Under the pieces are notes generated by a model. The model had not been told where the DNA came from. It was given only the letters and a program-made list of their open reading frames with translations, and searched no databases. DNA of 64,000 nt from the NCBI GenBank assembly GCA_951406725.2, contig OX597814.1:160332001-160396000 (forward strand), given 5' to 3'. Each line of letters opens with the position of its first letter. Positions within the stretch are counted from its first letter, which is position 1. The position numbers and the translations under genes were made by a program. The DNA is from Octopus vulgaris (taxonomy: Eukaryota). Positions 27,330-42,270 of this stretch are shown here, piece by piece.

Positions 27330-27930
27330 TTTCCTGTGATGGACATATTTGCTATGTTTTCTGTTTTCTCAGTCGTAATATTTTAGGGAAATAGTCACTT
27401 TGTAAAGCTGGGAAACTGCAATCTTTTCCTAATTCTACCTCCAAATTCCATGATTGGGCCTTTTGTGGGAGATTGCTTGGTCTTTTTGCTGTAGTCACTG
27501 CTTTTTCTCCTTCCTTCAAACACTTGAATGCTGGTGTTGTTTTTTCTCTGTTGTTAGTGTTTCTGGTGTCATTCCTGCTTTAGGGTCAATACTTTGCCAT
27601 GGTTCCATTTTTATCTCCCATGGACAAGTGCTCTTTTGCAAGATGTGTTCCAGGTTGTACCTCACTCCACAAAGCCTACACAGCTGGTCCTCTCTCTTGC
27701 CCCATCTGTACAGGTTTGGAGGTGTTGGAACTGTATGATAAACTGTTCAGAAAGCCAGCCTCCACAGGCTAGTCCTTGTGATTGCCTTCTTTCATTGTTA
27801 GAAACGGAAAGAACGAAGATTCCGTCGTTCTGTGCATGTAATTCCAATGATATCCTGTAAGTCAAAGTGCTTTCAACCTAATCTATCTTCCTCTCCACTC
27901 CTTCTACTCATATCATTACAGCTTCATTCA
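27330..27930 (-). mobile_element. HERO-like RLE non-LTR retrotransposon fragment
   Basis: Minus strand VYHTVPTPPNLYRWGKREDQLCRLCGVRYNLEHIL...KWNHGKVL and SWNLEVELGKRLQFP match the zinc-knuckle/pre-RLE region typical of HERO-like elements; frameshifted. Confidence 0.65.
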
Positions 27931-27985
27931 CTGTAAACAGCTACATGAGTCTTAGGTCTTGAAGCCAGTCCGTGTACGTAGACCT

Positions 27986-28062
<77 letters not shown>

Positions 28063-29401
28063 TATTTATGTATGTATGTTGTATGTATGTTGTATGTATG
28101 CGTGCATGTGCGCGTGTGCGTGTGTATATATATATATATACGTATGTGTGGATGTGTGTGTGTACATATATACGATATAGAAGAAATTACGATAAACACA
28201 AGTTTACATTATTTGTTCCTTCGTACGTTTCACCATTGTGGTTGTTTGGAACATCACTTCCGATATTCTAAGTGCGAATTCAATATTTTAACTGAACAGA
28301 TCACGAGGAACACTTTCTTGCATTATATTACAGAGAACTAATGTCTAAATGTATGTATAAACATCAATACATATATATGTTCGCATATATAATACATACG
28401 TGTGTGCGTATATATGTGTGTTTGTGTGTGTGTGCGCGCGTGTGATGGCTGCAAACTCGTGTTCGAGTATTGCCGTCGCCTAATCGAATGTCCCACTTGC
28501 GAAGGCTATAATCAGCCTGTTTGGGGATACATCCATCCATACATACATGCACACATACATACATACATATGTAAGTATGTATTTCTTTATTCAGAGAATT
28601 CTGAAAAAAACAGCTGCTGGTGCTGTTATGTAATCTAAATTGTATAACATGCATGACTAAACCGTCTTTTCTCAATTTAGAAAGAGGTGATATGAAATTA
28701 CTTGATCACTCTCACGCTGTTGAAACAATTGTATACCATGCAGTAAACTTATACCATGAACTCCACTCTTCGCTTATTCTGATATACATGCATGTGCGCG
28801 CTCGTGTGTGTTTGTCCATCTATGCATGTATAGATATATCTACATATACATAAACACATATATATATATATATGCTATATACTATATACTCTTGGGTGTT
28901 TCAGTGAGTTGACATTCAGAATTTACAGGCGACTAGTACTGACTTTTAAAGCTTTGTTATACTCATTATTGGTGTATATACATCAATGTTATGCACACAC
29001 ACACACACATACACACACACATGCATATATATATATATACCTATACACATACAAACTTACATTCCTGTACGTACAGATTATAAATAATATCTCTCTGTAT
29101 ATGAGTGTGTTTGTGTGTGTGTGTGTACATTTATATATTACATTTAATATGTATATACTTTTATACATACATCCATATTCGTATAAAGCGATCGATCGGT
29201 CGAGAGAGAGAGAGAGAGAGAGAGATACAGAGAGAGAGTGGGAGAGAGAGAGAGATTCGTGCCACGCAATGAACGTATGCACACGCATACACATAAAGTA
29301 GTGCATAGATGTATTGTATCAACTGTTTTTTATTATATGTCTAAATATATGCGCATACAGACGCTTGTATTTATGCGTGAGGATAATACGCATCTGTGTA
29401 T

Positions 29402-29455
<54 letters not shown>

Positions 29456-30269
29456 CTGTGTGCATATATTGTGAGTATTTCCGTATACCTTACTAGTTAA
29501 ACTCTGTTATATTTATGTGTAAGGACACATTTGTGTATGGGTGTGCATGTATGTGTATGCTTGAAGTACTTGTATGTGAGTGTCGGTGTCTATGTACATA
29601 CATGGATGTGAATACAGGTATGATTATAGTTTTTATGTGCTAAGTATGTGTATATGAGAATATATATGAATGTATTTGTGTATCAATGTGTGTATGTATA
29701 TGTTTGCGTGTACGTGCATTTACGTGGGTGAGCATATACATCCGTACATCTAACAGAATCTGTATCTGTAAATGCACGAGTAGTCTCGTACGTATGTGTA
29801 TATACGCGTGTGTGTTTTTGCTAGCAAAAGGACCAACCAACAATTTCATACAACCTGCAAGAGATGAAAAGCGAACGATGTAGTAATGTGAAAAAATAAA
29901 GAGAGGTAATCAGGGATATGATTATAACCCTGCTTGGATTTTTTTTTAATCTTTTACCAACGTAAGTTGCATGCACAGACGAAAGCATAAATCACATGAA
30001 TGACCGAACATCAAATGATTCCTCTGAAAATACTTATATATATATATATCAATATTATTGTATCTATTTTTCTCACCTATATTTTTGCTGTTCCTTCTTT
30101 TTTTTTGTTCTGTTTTCTTGTTATTTTCGTTTTTACTTTTGACTTTCTACTCGGTAAGGCTTTTGTTTCGTATCGTACAAGAAATTACATACTTCAAGAG
30201 ATGTACATTCCTTTATATATATTCGTATACATATTTACTAACCGTGCCATAAAAATTGCAACAAAACTT

Positions 30270-30326
<57 letters not shown>

Positions 30327-30703
30327 TGTGTGTGTGAGAGAGAGAGTGAGAGAATGAGAGAGTTTCTTTTGATAAAAACTTTCATTGTATATTTTTTTCC
30401 ACAAATGATGTCCGTTCTCTTTTTTTATATTCTTACATTATTCCCTATCTTTCTGATTTCATCCTACTTACCATTTCGTGTATGTGTATGTATGTGTACA
30501 TAGCTATATACGTATGTATGTATATATGTATGCGTACACATACATATACACACTCGTATATATGATCTATATATGTATATATGATGCTTTTTCTCGATAA
30601 ACATATAATTTTAACCTGACTATAAAAAGTAAACATTGATACTAAAATTGCATGTTTGCTAAAAATATATAAATTACATTTGAAATTATCAAAAAATCAA
30701 AAT

Positions 30704-30760
<57 letters not shown>

Positions 30761-32574
30761 TGTATATATGAAAACACATATATGTGTATATATTTATATA
30801 TATATAAATGAACATACATATGTATGTATAGTAAGGTCGTGTGTCTTAGTGGTTAGGGTGATGCAGTCATGAGTTCGTGCTTTCAATTCTCAGACTTTCT
30901 TCTGCGATCACTTTCACATCCGACATGTGGCACCCTACGCACCTCTACGGGCATTGTCCATTTTTGTTTTGAGAGAGTGAGCTAATCTACAGTACAAATA
31001 TTTGATCACAATAAACAAATCGTCATTGCAAGCAATTGCAGAACTCTCTGGCGACCTCTTCCTACTTCCTGTTATTTCATCATGCGGCGACCGTCTAATT
31101 GAGACACGCATGTTCTTTTCTCTAGCCATTTCTTTTCTCTTTTCGTCTATCCTCTCTGTAAAAGAGTGCGCGCTCGAAAAGTAAAATACTTTTCCTTCTA
31201 TTTTCCCTAAGCATAAACCTAATACATTCTGTTTGTATTCATACATACATGTATATACGTCTATGTATATATCTGTATGCATATATGTGTGTGTGCCCTA
31301 CAATAAATTTTCTGAAACAACAGTTAAAGTTGCCCATAAGACATCTAACATTCCGTTCAAAGGATATTTACAGGTTATTGAAAATTAGGAGAACTTTTTG
31401 CTGTATTGAAAGTTATACTGTTTTGATGATGATGGGATTATCCCTCTCGTCGTCTTCTGGAGGAGTGTAGCGCGTGCATATATAAATATACGTACACCTC
31501 AGTACATGCTACTGGGATGATGGTGCGCGAGTGAGAGGGGAGTTTAAACAGAGAAGAGAATCAAGAGGAGAAAACTGGAAAACCCCGATGTTCTAGAAGA
31601 GTTTTGGAAACTACTTTGATGGAGAAAAATTGCAATATAAAATGCATGAAATAAAATTACCTAAAATTATATAAAATATATAAATCCATAAAAACTATTT
31701 TGGACAAAATGTTTTCTTGGGAAAAATTAACTGTTATATCTAGAAAAAAAAACAGATTATTTTTGGGTGTCTTATGTCTGAGCATGAATTTTTTCATGTG
31801 TGTGTCGAGGCTAAAGTTTTCCGTGTTTGCATTAAGATATGCTTGTTTCCATAAGTTTCTCAGAATTATGCTCTATCATTCTATGCAGAGCTTGAATCTT
31901 TCGTAGCATGCATGGTCTGTAATTTTCTGCGACCTTCTAGTTGATATAAAATACTGTACCCGATGTACCTTATGAATTTTGTGTCAACCCGTTTTAGTTG
32001 CTTTTTTTCTGTTGTGACGTGGTTATGAAATCCTCACTTGAAAGACCTTTCAGTTAAACTTCTATACCGTTTTCGGTTGGTGTTCTGGTTCACTTCTGTA
32101 GATTCGTTCTCCGCTTTATTAAGTAGTAATAGCTTCATCATTTTATGAGTCATTTAGCTGGCATGCCGTAGGTTTCCTGCTTGAATGTCCAACCTCAACA
32201 GTAAGACCGGTTTGTAACATAATGTTTTCTAAATTAGGGATACAAGTACAAGTGATCTTAACTGTACGCTTAAAGATCACCTTCCTCTTGCTGTGTTTTT
32301 ATGGGGAAATTGCTATCCGTTAAATTTTGGAATACGTTACCTATATTAGAGTAAATGTTGAGTGAAAAGGTGACTGATTCTGCTGACAGTTCTTTTGTTT
32401 TGATTATAGCTTTATAGATGATTCTGTCTTAGTGATTTCACTACTTCAACACCCCGCACACACAAACACACACACACACACACACACACAACACACACAC
32501 ACACACACACACACATACTCTCACACACACACTCACACACACAAACACACATACTCTCTCTCTCTCTCTCTCAG

Positions 32575-32630
<56 letters not shown>

Positions 32631-33786
32631 AGGGAGTCCTGTATGCATATGTTAGTATTTAGAAATGAGATAAATAGTACACTGTATGTGCCGTATACTC
32701 TTCCAAGTTTTTAATCTTACATGCTCGTTCCGGCATATATTTTCATCGCCGCATCTAACGCATAATAAGAGAAGCTCAGAGTAGCTTTGACCAACTTTAA
32801 ACAGCTATATATTATTACATGTGTAAGTGTATGAAGCAAAAATGTAAATCCTTACATAAAAAAAAACAAATAAACAAGAATGATTTCTTGCGGACATTAG
32901 TACAATGTTGCAAGTTTTGTGTTGAATTTGGTGATTATAACTACTAAAATATTTGAGTGGAATTTTATTTTTAATAGCCTAGTAAGATGCAAGTCCTATT
33001 GAACTCGACAGAATTTGAACTTACGACGACAAAGCTGAATATCGCATAGTCTTTTGGTCAATGCTCTGTTAATTCACACCTTTAATAAATAGTAAATATT
33101 TTGATGTTTTTTAAAATGGACTTAAATACGCCATTGTACATTTGTTAGGTATTTTCCTTAACAGAAATATACTTTGGTGACCAAGAAGTAACAGGAATTT
33201 AGTGAGGTCCTTGATTTTTCACAGCTGATCATGCGAATTAAGCTATAACAATTATGCAACATTTTTCCCCAAAACAAAACAATATAATAATAACTTGACA
33301 GAATAACACTTCAATTAATTAGTTTGAAATAAAATAAGGCATACCTACAATTAGCTTTTCTTTCTTGTTTAAAATCTCAAAATAAAAAGAAAACAGTAAG
33401 AAATATGTCTGTAATTAATGCGTTTAAAAAAAAACTACTGCGAATGTAATATGAAATTATAGTAAACATAAACGCCATGTTGGGTGTAACTATTGGAAGT
33501 AAAGCCAGCAGCGAATGGCAGCCAATGAGTGTGTTTTACGTTCATTTCAAACTCGAAATGATACGAGTTATAAAGCAATAGAAGACACATGTGTGTGTGG
33601 GGGTATGTTTTTATATCTATGTATAAGTTATTTATGTACGAGATGTACATATTACGTTTCAGTATTCGACGTCTGTGTGAGTGTATGTGGATGTATATGT
33701 AGCTATATATACATATACATATATATATATATATATATGTACATACATACATACACGTGTGTGCGTGTCTGTGTGCATGTATGTAG

Positions 33787-33889
<103 letters not shown>

Positions 33890-34021
33890 TTTTTATTTGC
33901 ATGTATTCATATGTATATATGCATGTTTATGTCTGAATATTTTGCCTATTTACAAATATATATTTATGTATATAAATATATATGTATACGTGTGAGTGAG
34001 AGTGTGTGTGTGTGTGTGTAT

Positions 34022-34077
<56 letters not shown>

Positions 34078-35111
34078 ATTTGCGTATATATATTTTTTTG
34101 TACGTTCGTTTATCAACAAACAGACTAAATCATGAATTTGCTTAACTAACCAGAGAAGTTAATTTGCTATCGAGTTTGATATTCTCTCGATTAACATAGA
34201 GTCGTTTTGTGTTTAGTGGCAACCACCAGACAAATTCTCGCAGGCACAGCTCACCGTTTTGTTAGCATTATTTATAGTATTCTTTTTCTGTTCGTTTTCG
34301 TTAAGTTTTCTTATATTTTCTTATATTTTGCTCATTATTTTGCTGTAAGCATTTTCACTTTCTTCCTCAATTCTTTGTTACATTTTTTATTGTTCTTTTC
34401 ATTCTTCAATATTTCCATTTTGTTCATTTTTACTTGTAATTCTACTTAGTCTTTGCATTCGTTCATTCTTTTATTTGTTCATTCGACCTTCTCCAGTATC
34501 GTGCATACCTCTGCAGCAACTAACCGCTTCTAGATACCACACAATTAAAACAACAGACATTAATCTTTAAACTTTCGTTACCAATACGTCTTTTTTTTTT
34601 TACCCTTCTATTTCGTTGCAAGATTTCGGCATTCTCTTGCATTTGCATTTCACTTCCAACTTATGTATTTATCGATTCTTCCAAACAGACATCAACACAC
34701 AACCACGTCTGTAATTATATTAGATGCACCAACTCAGGTGATGAATTATCAAGTTATACTCTTCATGAATATTTTACCAAAAGTTTATGTCGCTGGATAC
34801 GTTTTCAATAATTCTTACCGACAACTGTTTACACACTTCATGCATATTTCATGTAATTAATGAATCAAATAATTTGCATTTTCCATCATTACTGACTAAA
34901 ATACAATTCATGAGTGTATTTCAAATCTGAGATGTGTATGCTATGTATATAAACCTTATAGAATCGCTTTCATAATTGAATTACATACTTCGTGTAGTGT
35001 ACACTGTACTGTGCCCATGATGTACATAACTTCCATTGTCGTATGCCCCGCAATCATCTATATTTTACTGTATACAATAACGTGTTCAGGGACAATATCT
35101 AAAAGACAGTT

Positions 35112-35265
35112 GTTGTTGTTGTTCTTCTTCTTCTTCTTCTTCTTCAATTTCTTCAACTTCTTCAACTTCTTCAACTTCTTCAATTTCTTTAATTTCTTCA
35201 ATTTATTTAACTTCTTCAATTTCTTCAATTTCTTCTTCTTCAATTTCTTCAACTTCTTCAATTTC
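35112..35265. repeat. (TTC)n grading into a 9 bp (TTCTTCAAY)n minisatellite
   Basis: Seen directly; gives the FFN/KKL ORFs. Confidence 0.92.
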
Positions 35266-36399
35266 TCCATTTTCTTTCGTCCTTCATCAGTTCTGGTTGA
35301 CAAAATTTATTTTCAGTAACATTCCAGTTGTTATATCCAACCTAAGTTTTTTTCAGGTGCGGCGTAGCAAAGACATAATTATATTGTTCTCTTCCCTTTT
35401 ATTTGCTAGTGGAATTTCATCTGAGAGAGATTGCCTGCCATTTCTAACAGAGGTTCCCTTATTGGCATAGTTTTAGGCGATAACAGTTACATGTATCGTG
35501 TCGCGCAGCCACTCTAAAATCAATGAGTTCCATTGCGTGGCATAGAAATTACTCCAAAGTATCGCCTTCATGAAATGTATCTAAGGTGTGACATTCTGAC
35601 AGAAAGCCATCCCTTGCTAAATCATTCAATAATTTGAAGGTAAAAAAATTACAATCCTACAGTTGTTTTCCTTCATTGAACCCCCCCCCCCAGCTTTCTC
35701 TTGATTTCTCTTGATATGTTGTTAGGTTTAAGTTATATTTCTATGTCAATACTGGATAAAACTCTATATTATTTTACCTATATGTATCCTGTCGACTACG
35801 TTTTGTAGACAGAGAATAGAAGTAAGTTTTGAATAGAAGCAGCAACATTTATATGACTGATATTGGTTCTCTTGAACTAATGTCAGGAATAACATCCAAT
35901 CACTCTCCAAACCTATACTACATTTCAATTCACCGCCAGACCACTTATTTGGCCATTTCCCTGTTTGTCGGAGCTCTCAACGCCCATTCTCAAAACAGGT
36001 GAGAAAAAGAATCTAACTATTACTGTGGACTCTTCATCGTGTGTAGGCAGTAACGAACGCCTATCATTCTTGTAGTTTACCGTGACGTTGTTCGCTGTTT
36101 CTCCCGTTTTGGGTTTTTTTTTCTTTCGACACCCATTTTGTAGTTTGGTATTCTAATTCTCAATAATTTAAATCTATTTATTCACCACTTCCAGTAAGTA
36201 TTTACTTTTTCTCCAATGATAGATCCCACCTGAAACATTACACACCATCTCTTTCTCATGGCAAAATATTTTATTCCACATTGCAGTTTTCTCGAATAGA
36301 ACATACTCTATTATAAGTCATTGCGAGATTACATTTCTTACATTCCTTCATAAGCAACATGAAATTATTAACTCTTAGGGCGTTGAAAAGTCGAAAAAA

Positions 36400-36614
36400 C
36401 GAGGGATCCTGAAAAGTTCTTGGCTTTGGGTAAAAGAAAATAGAGGAGAATCAGTCAATTATGATTTTATTCCACATATTCTCCTCTCAGATCCACACAC
36501 TTATTGCAACAGTCCTTCAGTTTTTCTAAGCCCTGTAGAAGAACTCGGAACGCTGGACCTCAAGCCCGGTGTTTCGCGATACCCTTAAAGCCAGGAACTT
36601 TTCAGCACCCCTCG
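36400..36614. mobile_element. Tc1/mariner-type MITE, copy 2
   Basis: Homologous to 19640-19854; right end AAAGCCAGGAACTTTTCAGCACCCCTCG-TA. Confidence 0.85.
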
Positions 36615-36782
36615 TATACTTGAGGGTATTTTGAACAATAGGTGTATCCTTGCTGTGTCAATAAGGCGTTGATGCAAACGAACTCGAGTCCAAACCACTT
36701 AGTTTCTACTCGTTATTGCGATCTTGGTCTAATTATGTTTGACATTTAGAGAAGATAGGGAACAGTTCTGAGCTATTTATAA

Positions 36783-36875
36783 GGTGTATTTAATGAATAG
36801 CAAGCACTCATTAAATACATCTGCATATCAATAAATGTTCCGACAGCAAATTTATTGATATGCAGGTGTATTTAA
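36783..36875. repeat. Two overlapping inverted repeats
   Basis: 36811-36836 pairs with 36850-36875 (25 of 26 positions) and 36783-36796 pairs with 36808-36821. Confidence 0.9.
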
Positions 36876-37373
36876 CGCTAAGGTAGAGAACATGAATTTG
36901 ATCGTTATAAGCAAGTAATTTGTACAAGCTGTTCAGCAAGAAATTGCAGAACCGTCGTACTCGGACTATGAGAGACTACCACCATCGTATGTAAGTACGT
37001 ACGTGTGTATGTATGTATGTATGTATGTATTATGTATGTATGTACGTACGTACGTGTGTATGTATGTATGCATGTATGCATGTAGGCATGTATGCATGTA
37101 TCCATGCATGGATTCATGTATGCTTTCATGCATGGATTCATGTAAGCATGTATGCATGTCTATATGTCTGTTACATCCTGTGTGTAGAGTTAGATGTACT
37201 ACTGCTACCGGTGCATTTCATCTATGTAGACATAAAGCAAAAGAATGTTCCCTTGAAGAACTGTTGTGGTTCAGCATCCACTGCAGAGGATGCAAATAAC
37301 GACAATGGCGAAACGTATGTAGGGAACAAAGAATATAAACTATATCTTGTTTCGTTTATTAAAATGCTTTTTC

Positions 37374-37431
<58 letters not shown>

Positions 37432-38030
37432 ATGTATAATTTGACTCCGATATATTTCCATCGAAATGAGATATGGCTATCTTCATTCCATGAGTGAAAA
37501 AATAAGAAAAGTCTTTCAACAGTTTTGATAAGTAAATAGGTTTTAGTAATTTTCTCTCTACAGACAAAAAAATTGAGCAAACAATGTTTTAAGATTCTAC
37601 TTCTCAACTTGACATCATCCCATCAAAGTAAATCTTTAAAAGCTAACAACGAAACCTATCCTTTAATATTGCTACGTGGAATTTCTCTGATTCATTGTTG
37701 TAATTTCGCAAAATGGATACCTCTTTGGTTTCAGATATTTTCAATATAAAATTCAAAAGATTTTATTTACTTTCATTGTGTGACTCATCTGCCAAAATAT
37801 TCTTTTCTTTTACCTTATATTTTCATAACTTCTTTAAGAGTGCCTTCGTTTCTAATTATTTTGCCCCCACTATCGTAGGTGGCAAGTGCCACAATATGAT
37901 AATGTGACGCAGAATCTTTTACTACATCTAGTTTGGTGTACCGATGTTGTAATTTCAAATCTTGCTGAGGTGTAGTTCATATCTCTATTGGCACCAGTCA
38001 TATAAGAAGTCGTAATATAATAACTTTTAA

Positions 38031-38405
38031 CGTAGGAGTGGCTGTGTGGTAAGTAGCTTGCTTACCAACCACATGGTATCGGGTTCAGTCCCACTGCGTG
38101 GCACCTTCTACTATAGCCTCGGGCCGACCAAAGCCTTGTGAGTGGATTCGGTAGACGGAAACTGAAAGAAGACCGTCGTATATATATGTATATATATTTA
38201 TGTGTGTGTATATGTTTGTGTGTCTGTGTCTGTCCCCCCAACATCGCTTGACAACCGATGCTGGTGTGTTTACGTCCCCGTAACTTAGCGATAGAATAAG
38301 TACTAGGCTTACAAAGAATACGTCGTGGGGTCGATTTGCTCGACTGGGGCGGTGCTCCAGCATGGCCACAATCACATGACTGGAACAAGTAAAAGAGTAA
38401 AAGAG
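38031..38405 (+). mobile_element. SINE family A, near full length
   Basis: TGGCTGTGTGG A box, GGTTCAGTCCC B box, tail AAGTAAAAGAGTAAAAGAG. Confidence 0.9.
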
Positions 38406-39321
38406 TATAGGTACAAAGAAATTTGTCGGGTGTAGTCAGACGATTAAATCAGCCATAGTACTTGATCAGTACATTAATTTCGACCCTGGAATGATAAAAG
38501 CCAAACATGAATTCGGTGAGATTTGAACTGTAGCAATATAACTGGGTTCTTTCAAGTAATTATACCTTCCAACTGCAGAAAATAATGTTTCACCCACTAA
38601 AGATGGTTTTAAAATTATACTTTATTAACTATTAAAGAATTGAGGCATATGTGCACACAGATATGCACATACTTTTGGTTGCTTCTTGGGACTCTAAGGG
38701 TTTCGTTGTCTCTTTTCTTCATTAGATACTTTGTAGCAATCTCCCGCTTTTGGATTACCATCGAAGTATGTATGTATATATTGGTCGTAACGAACAGAAG
38801 AAAAAAATATTTGATACAATTGTAGAGTATAAGAATATATTTCCGCTCATCTAGTTGATTGTTACTCTGAAGTTTCCCTAACATCCGGTCGATTTATCAG
38901 TCAGTATATTCTTACTAGTATAAACAAACACTTACCGCCTTGTAGATGGACTGCAATGTATGAGTGGTTGTCCTTGAATTTCCACATGTAATGGTGTTTT
39001 TCAAAGGATGAAATATCAATATATCGAAGCAGACACTCAATATAGAGTGACTCATATAAAGTGGTGACACATTGAATGACATACGCAAAAGATTACCGTG
39101 CGTATGTATGTATGTATGTATGTATGTATGTATGTATGTATGTATGTATGTATGTATGTATGTATGTATGCATGCCTGTATGCATACACACACATGTTCA
39201 TATATACTTAAATGATAAACTTCTGGAAAGTTTTACAGATTTTTATGTATGTACGTATGAATGTATGTATATATAATGTGTATATGTATGTATATATATA
39301 TATATAATTATAATTAAGGGT

Positions 39322-39373
39322 ATCTAAAAGATACCACCATGCTAGATATAGCAAGCAGTGGTATCTTTTAGAT
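39322..39373. repeat. Hairpin with a perfect 16 bp outer stem in an island between (TA)n runs
   Basis: ATCTAAAAGATACCAC / GTGGTATCTTTTAGAT with inner TGCTA/TAGCA. Confidence 0.88.
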
Positions 39374-40579
39374 TTTTTATAATAATTATCTCCTATGAGG
39401 TTTTTATTCCTTTACTTGATGTGATCGGTATTTCAAATAACGATCTTATCCTTATATATATATATATATATATACTTTGTTGAGGCTGTTGGCTCACATG
39501 GAGCAGATCCTTTCCTATGACAAGTCTTATTTTTAGTCTGTCAGAGTGTCCTCTAGACTGACCTCAGATATAGTATTCGTACACAAACGTTGGGTGGAAA
39601 GCAACGCATATTAAAAGTTTAGGTAAATCTTGAAACCGCCGGGTTCTTTCTCGTTTTTTTCCTTTCTACAGATATTAAATCTAATTTTAGAATATAAAAA
39701 ACATATTTCATCGATCAATCTTAGCTTCACTATCAATTAATTGCATAAAAATACGTTTCTGAACACACGAGTATACTCTGCCCGTTTTGTGTAAATATGT
39801 GTGTGTGAATTTGTGCGAGTGTCTTTGTGTGTGCGTGTGTGTGTTATTACGCGTGATTATATAAAAACTCTGAAAGAAATTATTAGAAAATAATTATATC
39901 AACGCAAATGGCAGGAAATATAGGTGATACGAAAAAAATACGAAAAGAAAACTCTATCTAAGAAAGGAAGCTATATGATATTTGGCAAATATAGTGAGAG
40001 AAATAAACAATCAATCTGGCATTCCAAAACGATTTTCGTTCAAGTTACAGGCTTTGATATAATTTAGGGGAAAAGGTTTGGGTGCTATGATTCCTAACTG
40101 TAATTTATAGAAGATAGTTTTATCGAAATCTGATTGATAAAATTACAACCTGAATTTTCTTATTTTTAAACATTTTTAAAATTTGTTTCCTTTTGGCTAA
40201 CGATTTTTAAAAAATATTTTTCTTTTTTTGCATATCTCAGTTTTACCTTAAATTTTCAATTTTAAGCTGACATGAATATAATGTTTACGAAGTTGTTGTT
40301 GTTCTTCTTCTTGTCGTCGTTGTTGTTGTTCTTCTTCTTGTCGTCGTTGTTGTTGTTGTAATGGCGCGGCAAGTGGTAGTGGCGTAATTTGGCAAAGATT
40401 CATAAAAGCATGGTGTATGGCTGATGGTGCAAACATCGCCGAGAAAATAAAAATAACATTTACTTCCTAACGAAATGGTTTCAGGATCGATTCGAAACTA
40501 CTTAGTTTCAAAGTGAACTTTTTAAATGCACACATACACATTACACTCACTCATTCATACTCGTACTTAAACATATACA

Positions 40580-40715
40580 CTCCCGTAACTTAGCAGTTCG
40601 GCAAACTAGACCTGTAGAATAAGTAGGAAGCTCAAAATTTTTTTTTTTAATTTCGATTGTTTGACTAAAGTTCTTCAAGGAAGTGCCCAGTCTAATGACT
40701 GAAGCAAGTAAAAGA
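40580..40715 (+). mobile_element. SINE family A 3' part
   Basis: CCCGTAACTTAGCAGTTCGGCAAA...TAGAATAAGTA...ATGACTGAAGCAAGTAAAAGA. Confidence 0.65.
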
Positions 40716-40720
40716 TACAA

Positions 40721-40789
<69 letters not shown>

Positions 40790-40912
40790 CATACATACAT
40801 ACATACATACATACATACATACATACATACATACATACATACATACATACATACATACATACATACATACATACATACATACATACATACGGCACTTGTA
40901 ACAAAACACGTA

Positions 40913-42270
40913 TCACTAGAAAATATTACAGCCGAATAAAGAAAATTTGGACCTCAGAACTCTCTGCATTCAATGTTTGCAGTGCCAGTACTCATATCAA
41001 CATTTGGGTTGCTCGATTGGGCGCTTGATGAGATCCGAGCCATTGATGCGAAAACCCGAAAAACACTAACAAGCATATATATTCTCCACATAAACAGTGA
41101 CGTAGACCGCCTCTACCTAAAACGAAAACAAGGCAGCAAAATCTTAACATCGATCCAAATGTCTTTGAATGTTGTATCATATCCCTTCGGTAACATCTTT
41201 AAATCACCAAGTGTCCAAGTGCATCCCTTGACCAAGTTTGCATGGATGAGGCTTATAACATCATAAGTCTTAGAAGTCAGCTCTTTCAGCAACATTACTT
41301 GTCTGATAACCTAGAATACATGCCCAAAGAAGTCGCGCGACTATACCGCAACGCATCATCAGATGGAAGGATGAGCCTCTATTAGCAGAAGACTATGCAT
41401 GGACATGTTAGTAGAAAGCTGCGAGATTATAGTAATATTGATCATTCAAAGCAGTCTATAATGGACCAACAGCCAGATTACTACGTCCCACTTTGAAGGG
41501 TATGCGTATGCAATCCAGGAACAAGAAATATCAAACAAATACCTGATGTACAAAAGCGATAGAGATGCAAGAAAAGCAGTAAAATGTGACAACCTATGCA
41601 GACTCTATGGACTTCACACCACAGATATCACCCACATCATAAGCAGTCGTCCGAAAATGTCATCACAGTATTATCTACTGATGAGATATAATGTTGTAGC
41701 TTGGACACTCTATAATGAAATCTGTCGGAAGGATAACCACGAGAGCAAAGAAACAATAACCCACAGTATGGTAGAGGCCATAACCACTCATTATAAAAAG
41801 GAGTACTGGTGGAATGACCCATTGAAGACCTCAGTAAAGTGTAAGCACAACAGATCTGATACAATGATTTGGGATAGAGAAGAGAAACCGTGTACAGTTG
41901 TGGAGACTAGCCGCCCAGCTGATTTTAACATAAAGCTGAAGATCACTAAAAAAGAGAATACCTACGCTGAATTATTGAGAAATATACAGTTACTCTATCC
42001 TGATTGTAAGTTCAGGTTTATACCTGTAATTATTGGGGCCCTGAGATATATAACACACTGCCTAAATACCAATCTTGAGAAATTAGGCTTCTCAAACCAG
42101 AAAGGAGAAAGCTAATTCGAAGACTACAGATCCAATCCATCATTGGAACTGTAAAAATCTGTAAAACTTTCCAAAAGTTTATCATTTAAATAAATATGAG
42201 TATTTCAAGATATGCAACTATATGCATGAGAATACATACATAAAACAAAACATTCAAATCTGCACATATG
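40913..42270 (+). mobile_element. Third R4/Dong-like RLE LINE fragment, flanked by (CATA)n
   Basis: [11 protein letters not shown]...IDAKTRKTL...DVDRLYLKRKQG; AIQEQ; LCRLYG...ITHIISS (decayed CCHC); MRYNVVA (RHN-like); HNRSD (RPD-like); FIPVIIGAL. Confidence 0.85.

Noticed and set aside
31700-32400. Possible DNA transposase remnant (also 24300-24850 and 50640-50970)
   Set aside because: No recognisable catalytic motif or terminal repeats
33460-33530. CCAAT boxes and a YY1-like GCCATGTT; also AAAATGGCG at about 55012
   Set aside because: Short motifs expected by chance, with no associated gene or transcript evidence
35800-36050. Possible APE endonuclease remnant (FVGALNAHS, like GDFNAH)
   Set aside because: A single degenerate motif with no supporting neighbours I could read
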